Position numbers and translations under genes: made by a program. From a virus (Duplodnaviria; Caudoviricetes), in the IMG/VR virus record IMGVR_UViG_3300033075_001674, positions 32,001 through 96,000 of that record: a stretch of 64,000 nucleotides of DNA; one strand, written 5' to 3'. Every line of letters begins with the position of its first letter. Position 1 is the stretch's first letter. The notes below the pieces were generated by a model, which was given only the letters and a program-made list of their open reading frames with translations, searched no databases and had not been told where the DNA came from. Below are positions 57,883 through 64,000 of the stretch, piece after piece.

Positions 57883-59120
57883 TCACAGACACGCCTTGCC
57901 GGAGGTACCTCCTGCACCTGATGCTGGGGGGTAAGACCGTCCAGCAGGTTGAGGATCACGCCCTGGAGATGGGGCTCGACTACGGCAGCATCCAGCTGCT
58001 GGTCCTCATCCGGGAGAGGGGGGCGCCCCCGGAGGTGTTCCGGCCCCGAGACCTCAACCACCGACCGAGCCAGGAGTTCCTGGAGTCCGTGGGGCTGCTC
58101 GGCAACTTCCCTCGCCTCAGCCGCGAGGGGGGCGCGGCGTTCCAGCTCCACCAGAACCCGAGGGCCAGAGAGATCCTGGAGCTCGGGTTGCTGGGCAGGA
58201 TGCCGATCCACGAGATCCTCAGCTTGCTCGCGGAGAGCAAGGTCCGCACCCGCGTGGAGGTGCTCGAAGCCTACGCCCACCTCTTCTGGGATGTGGCCGG
58301 CATGGACTCCACGGAGCTCAGGGCCCTGCTGCACCTGAGAACGCCCGATGTCGCCCGGCTCCAGAAGCTCTCGGCCCTGCAGGATAGCCGGGAGGCCGAG
58401 GCAGGCATGCCCGTGGCGGTCACCCCCCAGCGTGGAGGGGGTGGGGGTGGAAGGCCCGACGCCAACTCGCTGCCCCTGCCCTACGAGACCCTCACCCCCG
58501 AGCGGCCCACCCCGTCGGAGCTGCGGCAGAGCAGGCAGTGGCGCGCCCACGGAAAGCGGGACTTCGTACGCCAGCTGGCCAGGAGTATGCCCCTGCACGA
58601 GCGGGCACGGCAGGCCGACGCCCTGAAGCGTGCACACTACAGCGACCCCAGGCTCACCATCTCCAGCCTGCCGGCGAGCCCTCTGACGGTCGCACTTACA
58701 CGGTCCTACCTGGGGATGCAGATGGACCGCCTGGACTTGAAGAAGGCCTACGAGGTGCTCCACCACCTGGTCTTCCACCGCACTGTGGAGCAGGCGGTGA
58801 GCAACCACCCCGAAGCCCCACTGCGCCTGGGATCTCTGCTCAGCAGCGCAGCCACGCTGGTCCGCATCCAGAAAGAGCTCGGAGCAGGCACCGCCTCCCT
58901 GCAGAACCAGATCCAGGTCATGGCGCTGCAGACCAACCTGGAGGGGCACTACGGCAGCCCCAACGAGCTCACCGGCGGTCACCACAACCTCGACCCCTAC
59001 TCCGACGCCGACAGCGCCAACCTCAAGGAGATCACCGGCAAGGGCGCGGGACGCACGGCCAACCAGGTCACCACGGTGGATGCCGATGAGGAAGAGGAGG
59101 ACGAGGAGACCGTGGGGTTA
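57879..59120 (+). CDS. hypothetical protein
   Basis: Acidic tail DADEEEEDEETVG followed by TTA 59118-59120; standard-code end 59276 would overlap the next gene by 121 nt. Confidence 0.65.
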
Positions 59121-59155
59121 TGGCGTGGAGGGGGTAGCTGTGTGAGGATCGCGGA

Positions 59156-59821
59156 ATGCTCGACCAGCAAGACCTCAACGACTTCCGGGAGGAGTCTCGG
59201 AACGTCCCCACCCCCACCCAGGCGACCAAGGACCCCCACCGCCTGCACTTCGACCTCTTCCACGCAGACGTCGTGATCCGGGGCTCCTCCCTCATCCTGC
59301 AGATCCACCTTCCCTACCCGCTGCTCAAGGGGGAGAAGATCCCCTCCTGGTGGGAGGACGAGGACGGGCTGTTCGCCAGGGTGCTGAGCGACACCGCCAT
59401 CAAGTTCTTCGGCGAGGGGAGGACCTCGGACCTGCGCGCCACCCACACCTCCACGGAGAACGGCGGACCCCTGCCCCTCGACTCCTGGTATCTCGAAGCC
59501 AGGAACGAGTCGATCTGGGCCTTCACCACCCCGCTAGAAGAGCGCGCCAATCAGCTTCTGACCTTGCTGGAGGAGAAGCTGCGTGCCGCCCTGACGGAGG
59601 CGAAGCTCCAGATCCCGAACGCCGAGGGCCCTCCGTACGGGGAGGCTGCGTCGAGCCCGAAGGTCTTCCTGGCTCGCTACAACATGATGCGGGACTACGG
59701 GGGCTGGAGGGAGGTGGAGGCGTGGGCGGATGCCCTCCACCAGCGCTGTGACTACCCGGCTCGCCTCCTCCAGCCGATGCTCCAGGCTGCGAAGGCGAGG
59801 GAGGCCAGCACGGTCCTCTGA
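59156..59821 (+). CDS. hypothetical protein
   Basis: SD GAGGA; strong codon bias. Confidence 0.7.
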   Translation: MLDQQDLNDFREESRNVPTPTQATKDPHRLHFDLFHADVVIRGSSLILQIHLPYPLLKGEKIPSWWEDEDGLFARVLSDTAIKFFGEGRTSDLRATHTSTENGGPLPLDSWYLEARNESIWAFTTPLEERANQLLTLLEEKLRAALTEAKLQIPNAEGPPYGEAASSPKVFLARYNMMRDYGGWREVEAWADALHQRCDYPARLLQPMLQAAKAREASTVL

Positions 59822-60086
59822 GGGCTATCTTACGATTCCCCACCCTTGCCACCCTCACCTCCACGATCCCCGCCTCCTCCAGCAACGCCTGGGCGAAAGC
59901 GACCGCCTGTTCCTGCGCTCCCCGGGGAAGCAGCAGGGTCAGCTCTCGCCGTACGGGCAGGTCCTCGTCCTGACTCCGATCACCCTCCTCTCGAACCCGA
60001 TCGCCCCAGGTGTCCCTGAACACGACCGTCGCCCCTCCCCACAGGAGCTTGCGCACCACCTCACCCCAGGAGCTCTGATCCACCAT
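59523..60086 (-). CDS. possible hypothetical protein filling the 59821-60085 gap
   Basis: The first ~90 codons look coding (GC third positions), but the frame runs about 300 nt antisense into the upstream gene. Confidence 0.35.
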   Translation of the reverse strand: MVDQSSWGEVVRKLLWGGATVVFRDTWGDRVREEGDRSQDEDLPVRRELTLLLPRGAQEQAVAFAQALLEEAGIVEVRVARVGNRKIALRGPCWPPSPSQPGASAGGGEPGSHSAGGGHPPTPPPPSSPRSPASCCSEPGRPSGSTQPPRTEGPRRSGSGASPPSGRHAASPPARSEADWRALLAGW

Positions 60087-63000
60087 GATTACCGGGAAGT
60101 TTGACCAGCGCTGGTACAGCGGCAAGGAGCAGGAGCAGCGGGTCTCCTCCCAGATCGAACGCTACGATCCCGACGAGGAGGACCAGCTCGAAGAAAGCTG
60201 GAAGCACGACTCCTTCTGGGAGCAAGAGGGCGAATCCCTGGGAAATCTGCCCAGTATACCCTCCTTCAAGATGAGCGATTTCATCACAAGGATCCTGCGC
60301 ATCCCGAATAAGAAGGGCGCGTACGCTCCTTTTTCCTTTGAGGGTCGGGCTCATTTGCCAGCCATCTACGATACCCCGGCTCGCTTCATCCTTCTCTGTT
60401 GCGCCAGGCAGGTGGAGAAGTGCGTTAGCTTGCGCACGCCCATTCTCACAACGAATGGGTTGCTCCGCGCCTCGGAGATTTCCGAGGGGGATGTGGTCCT
60501 AAGCTACGACACCCGTACCTCAAAGCTCGTATGGAAGCCGGTGCTATGGAAGAGCCCTACGGTACGCAAGCCCGCTCTTCGGATAACCCTCCAAGGAGGA
60601 GCGCAGGTGGTTTGTGGGGAGGATCATCCGTTCAGGGGGTACCGTCAGTGGATACTCGCCAAGGACCTGGTGAAGGGCAGTCGGGTAGAAGTGGCGAACG
60701 AAACCCCGGAGATCCCGGGGTCTATGGAAGTACCTGTCGAAGACGTGGTTCGAGCCGGAGTGTTCGACGCGCTTCGGCTAATGGGGGTGGCTGCGCACGC
60801 TGAACCCCGGCCCTTCCTGTCGTGTACTGTCCGGCACCGTCATCAGATAGTCCCGCTTCTCGAAGACGTCCTCTACCAGGTGGCCGAACCGTTCGAGGGA
60901 AAGTACCGGGTCCCGAAGGGCAGGTGGACTGTCTGGCTGCGGGGTAAACTCGGGGCCGTCCTCGCTGAGCGGAAAGGCAAGGGCTTTTCCAGCAACCTGA
61001 GCTGCAAGGCAGGGGTCCGCTCCGCCCGGGTGGCCGTGAAGGCGATGTGGTTGATCGCGGGCGTGCTCTCGGAGCGGGCCAACCGATCTGGTTCCCTGGA
61101 GATGCACATCGACGTCGGGAACGAGGAGGAGGCCGAGGAGGTGCGGGCGATCCACCTCATGGCCGGGATCGAGCTCAGCACAGTGAAGCACCAGCACGGC
61201 CCCGGGGGAGCGGGAGGGGTGTGGTGGCGGATGCGCCCCATCGGACGGGGGAAGCGGAAGCTGCTCTCCCTCCTGCCCAGGGAGCTGGTGAGCGACTTCC
61301 CGGAAGCCGACCCCTACTGGGAGGACGACACCCTCCCCCCGCAGTGGGCTTCGAGCATGCAGCGGGTCTACTCGGAGCGGGTCCCGGAACGGCGAGACCT
61401 GGAACACGGCTGGTACGGTAAGAAAAGACCCGGCCAGAGAGGGCGGCAGGGACGCAAGGGGTCGCGCTCCCCCTCGCTCTCCCTCTCCAGGGTCCGAGGG
61501 GAGGAGGCGATCGAGACCCTCCTGCAGGTGGAGGGCGCACACCCCGAGGAGCTGTACCTGCTCAAGCGGGAGCTGGAGGCCCCGACTCGGTGGAGCCGGG
61601 TCATGTCGGTGGAGCCCCTTGGAGAGATGGAGATGGTGGACTTCGAGGTGGAGGGGACGCACACCTTCGTCGCCAACGGGGCCATCACCCACAACAGCAC
61701 GTACCTCGGCAACCGACTGCTCGTCAGCTCGGTCGCTTACCCGGGCTACAAGAGCCTCTACGTCAGCCCGAGCTCCATCCAGACCAAGACTTTTAGCTCC
61801 GACCGTCTGCGCAACCCCATCGAGACCTCGCCCTTCCTGCAGGACTTCGCCAGGGCCGGAGGCGTGCAGAACGTGCTGGAGATGGAGTTCGGCAACTCCA
61901 GCAAGATCACGATGCGGTCTGCGTACCTAAGCGCAGACCGGTGCCGCGGTATCCCGGCGTACCTGCTCTGCATGGACGAGTTCCAGGACCTGCTGCCAGA
62001 GCACATCCCGGTCATCGAGCCCTGTACCTCCCACGCCCCTCGGGATTACCGCGTCCACCTCTACGCCGGCACCCCGAAGAGCTTCGACAACAACATGGAG
62101 TTCTACAGGTCGGGGTTCTCCGCCGACCGGCCGATGTCGACGATGGGCGAGTGGATGGTGCCCTGCGACCACTGCGGGGTGAAGGGGCCTGGCGGTTGGA
62201 GGTTCTGGCAGAGCCTCGGGGTGAAGAACATCCAGAAGAAAGGTCTGTCCTGCTCTCAGTGCGGGGGAAGCCTGGACCCCCAGCACGCAGACGCTCGCTG
62301 GGTACATCAACAGGCAGACGGGCGGTTCGAGAGCTACCGCATCCCGCAGCTGATGGTGCCCTGGCGCCCCTGGGACGAGCTCTACACCGACTACATCAAC
62401 TTCGATAACGCCAAGTTCCACAACGAGGTGCTCGGGCTGTCGATGGACAACCACCAGCGCCCGCTCAGCATGTCGGAGATGCGCGACTGCTGCGACCCCC
62501 GGCTGCCGATGGCGCTCAAGGACGCCTTCCTGCCCGAGAAGTGGGGTGACCACATCTTCATGGGCGTCGACTGGGGCAGCGGCACGCTGAGCTACACCGT
62601 CATGACGCTCGCTACCTACGTCGGCGGCATCTTCACGATCTTCTACATGCAGCGCTTCACGGGAAGGCTGCTGGACGTGCAGGAGCAGATCGACCACGTG
62701 CTCCACACGCTGCGCAGGTTCAAGGTCGTCGTCTGCGGCACCGACTTCGGTTACGGGGCCCAGAACAACGACCACCTCATCCGCTGGTACGGCCGTGACA
62801 GGATCGCGGTCTATCAGCACCTCGGACGCGTCACCAAGAAGATCGCCTTCGACCCCAGGATGCAGCGCTTCAAGGTGTTCCGCTCGGCCGTGATGGCCGA
62901 CTTCATCAACATGATCAAGCGCAAGAACATCCGCTTTCCTCGCTGGGAGGACATGCGGGAGCCCTTCGCCAAGGACTTCTGCAACATCACCTCGGAGCTG

Positions 63001-63189
63001 AGCGAGACGCAGCAGATGATGATCTACAGCCACCGCCCGGACCGCCCGGATGACAGCTTCCACTCCGCCCTCTACTGCCTCATGGCAAGCACGCTGGTTG
63101 TGCAGCGCCCCGACATCTTCTCGCCGCTGCACAACAGCTACCGGCAGGGCCCGGTGCGAGAACTGGGGGGGCCCGTAGATCAGGGCTAA
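60085..63189 (+). CDS. terL: terminase large subunit (GpA-like) with intein
   Basis: PFSFEGR, RQVEK|ST (Walker A), DEFQD, GTP, CxxC...CxxC, GVDWG and PDDSFH motifs. Confidence 0.9.
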   Translation: MITGKFDQRWYSGKEQEQRVSSQIERYDPDEEDQLEESWKHDSFWEQEGESLGNLPSIPSFKMSDFITRILRIPNKKGAYAPFSFEGRAHLPAIYDTPARFILLCCARQVEKCVSLRTPILTTNGLLRASEISEGDVVLSYDTRTSKLVWKPVLWKSPTVRKPALRITLQGGAQVVCGEDHPFRGYRQWILAKDLVKGSRVEVANETPEIPGSMEVPVEDVVRAGVFDALRLMGVAAHAEPRPFLSCTVRHRHQIVPLLEDVLYQVAEPFEGKYRVPKGRWTVWLRGKLGAVLAERKGKGFSSNLSCKAGVRSARVAVKAMWLIAGVLSERANRSGSLEMHIDVGNEEEAEEVRAIHLMAGIELSTVKHQHGPGGAGGVWWRMRPIGRGKRKLLSLLPRELVSDFPEADPYWEDDTLPPQWASSMQRVYSERVPERRDLEHGWYGKKRPGQRGRQGRKGSRSPSLSLSRVRGEEAIETLLQVEGAHPEELYLLKRELEAPTRWSRVMSVEPLGEMEMVDFEVEGTHTFVANGAITHNSTYLGNRLLVSSVAYPGYKSLYVSPSSIQTKTFSSDRLRNPIETSPFLQDFARAGGVQNVLEMEFGNSSKITMRSAYLSADRCRGIPAYLLCMDEFQDLLPEHIPVIEPCTSHAPRDYRVHLYAGTPKSFDNNMEFYRSGFSADRPMSTMGEWMVPCDHCGVKGPGGWRFWQSLGVKNIQKKGLSCSQCGGSLDPQHADARWVHQQADGRFESYRIPQLMVPWRPWDELYTDYINFDNAKFHNEVLGLSMDNHQRPLSMSEMRDCCDPRLPMALKDAFLPEKWGDHIFMGVDWGSGTLSYTVMTLATYVGGIFTIFYMQRFTGRLLDVQEQIDHVLHTLRRFKVVVCGTDFGYGAQNNDHLIRWYGRDRIAVYQHLGRVTKKIAFDPRMQRFKVFRSAVMADFINMIKRKNIRFPRWEDMREPFAKDFCNITSELSETQQMMIYSHRPDRPDDSFHSALYCLMASTLVVQRPDIFSPLHNSYRQGPVRELGGPVDQG
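60421..61695 (+). mobile_element. intein in terminase Walker A, endonuclease apparently degenerate
   Basis: RQVEK|CVS...GEDHPF...MVDFEVEGTHTFVANGAITHN|STY; 425 aa. Confidence 0.92.
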
Positions 63190-63222
63190 ATCCGGCATGA
63201 GGGTGTTGAAAGGAACACCCTC

Positions 63223-63573
63223 ATGTCCAACGCCCAAACCCTCAGCCTCTCCGCCTCCGGGGACAGCCTCACCGCTCTCCACTCGATCCTCCAATCCCAA
63301 CCCTTCGGGGATTCTCAGCCACGCTTCCTCCGGTACATGGTCCCGCGGGCAGGGTCCATCGTCCTCCTCCAGGGAAGCACACAGCAAGCCCTGCCCTTCC
63401 CCCTCAGCTCGGGGGAGCAGGTTGCGGCCTTCCTCTCCGCGTGGTTCCTGGGGGCTCAAGCGCAAGAGGACCCGGAAGCCGAGGATGAGACGCAGAAGGT
63501 TACCCGGGGCTGGCAGCTGAGCTGGACCCCCCAAGTGCTCACCTTCTCCTGCGTCTGGATCGTGTCCGGGTGA
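63223..63573 (+). CDS. hypothetical protein
   Basis: SD AAAGGA; GTGA overlap with the next gene. Confidence 0.6.
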   Translation: MSNAQTLSLSASGDSLTALHSILQSQPFGDSQPRFLRYMVPRAGSIVLLQGSTQQALPFPLSSGEQVAAFLSAWFLGAQAQEDPEAEDETQKVTRGWQLSWTPQVLTFSCVWIVSG

Positions 63574-63968
63574 GCGCGAATGAGATCCAGGAGGTGTACA
63601 GCGACATCGACCACCTCCTCAACGAACTTCGCATCGCTCGGCCACCCAGGTCCACCCTCCTCCGCGCCGAGATTCACGATCTGCGTAAGCGGCTGGAAGG
63701 GCTAGCCTTGGACCCCGGACTTCCCCTTCCAGTGCTGGTGGTAGAGCTGCAGCACGGTCGCGGGTGGGATAACCCCGCCCTGGCGCTGTATCTCCTGGCT
63801 GACCCGCTGCTGTCCGCGTCGGTTGCGCCGTACTCCTTGCTGATCGGTCTCTCCACCAGGTGCGGGGTGACCGCCCCCGTAGGCGCCCTTATCGACCTTA
63901 CGCATTACGGGCAGTGGGGCGATCTCGCGCTGGCCCTTCACCGCGCATCACAGAAAGGATCCACGTGA
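63570..63968 (+). CDS. hypothetical protein
   Basis: GTGA coupling at both ends. Confidence 0.6.
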   Translation: MSANEIQEVYSDIDHLLNELRIARPPRSTLLRAEIHDLRKRLEGLALDPGLPLPVLVVELQHGRGWDNPALALYLLADPLLSASVAPYSLLIGLSTRCGVTAPVGALIDLTHYGQWGDLALALHRASQKGST

Positions 63969-64000
63969 CAAGTAAGGCAGCTGGAACCCCTACAACCCGC

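Noticed and set aside
1-64000. Genome-wide TAG-to-sense recoding (table 15)
   Set aside because: Long genes are intact under table 11. Only one convincing internal TAG was found, and reading through the TAGs at 5969 and 25313 gives long junk overlaps.

Overview
A gene-dense, GC-rich segment of a large tailed (myovirus-like) phage genome, with no cellular housekeeping genes. It contains four modules. (1) Baseplate, tail and candidate lysis genes (about 6-21.7 kb, +). (2) A DNA replication/recombination operon (21.7-34.6 kb, -): RusA-like resolvase, Cas4-like nuclease, family-A DNA polymerase split by a group I intron carrying an HNH gene, SSB, primase, DnaB-like helicase, UDG-like protein and SF2 helicase. 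(3) Head genes, a portal and a MoxR-AAA/vWA pair. (4) A single-chain beta+beta' RNA polymerase with two inteins, plus an intein-containing large terminase. The main unexpected signal is in the genetic code. By eye I found in-frame TTA only at gene boundaries (8 sites) and never inside a gene body. Reading TTA as stop removes six long nonsensical gene overlaps, which suggests UUA terminates translation in this phage. The window also encodes an amber (CUA) suppressor-type tRNA inside the 3' end of a Pth2-like peptidyl-tRNA hydrolase gene that itself has an in-frame TAG. Many genes look leaderless (TAnnnT 5-9 nt before the start codon). All calls come from reading the sequence by eye and recalling motifs; no searches were run.
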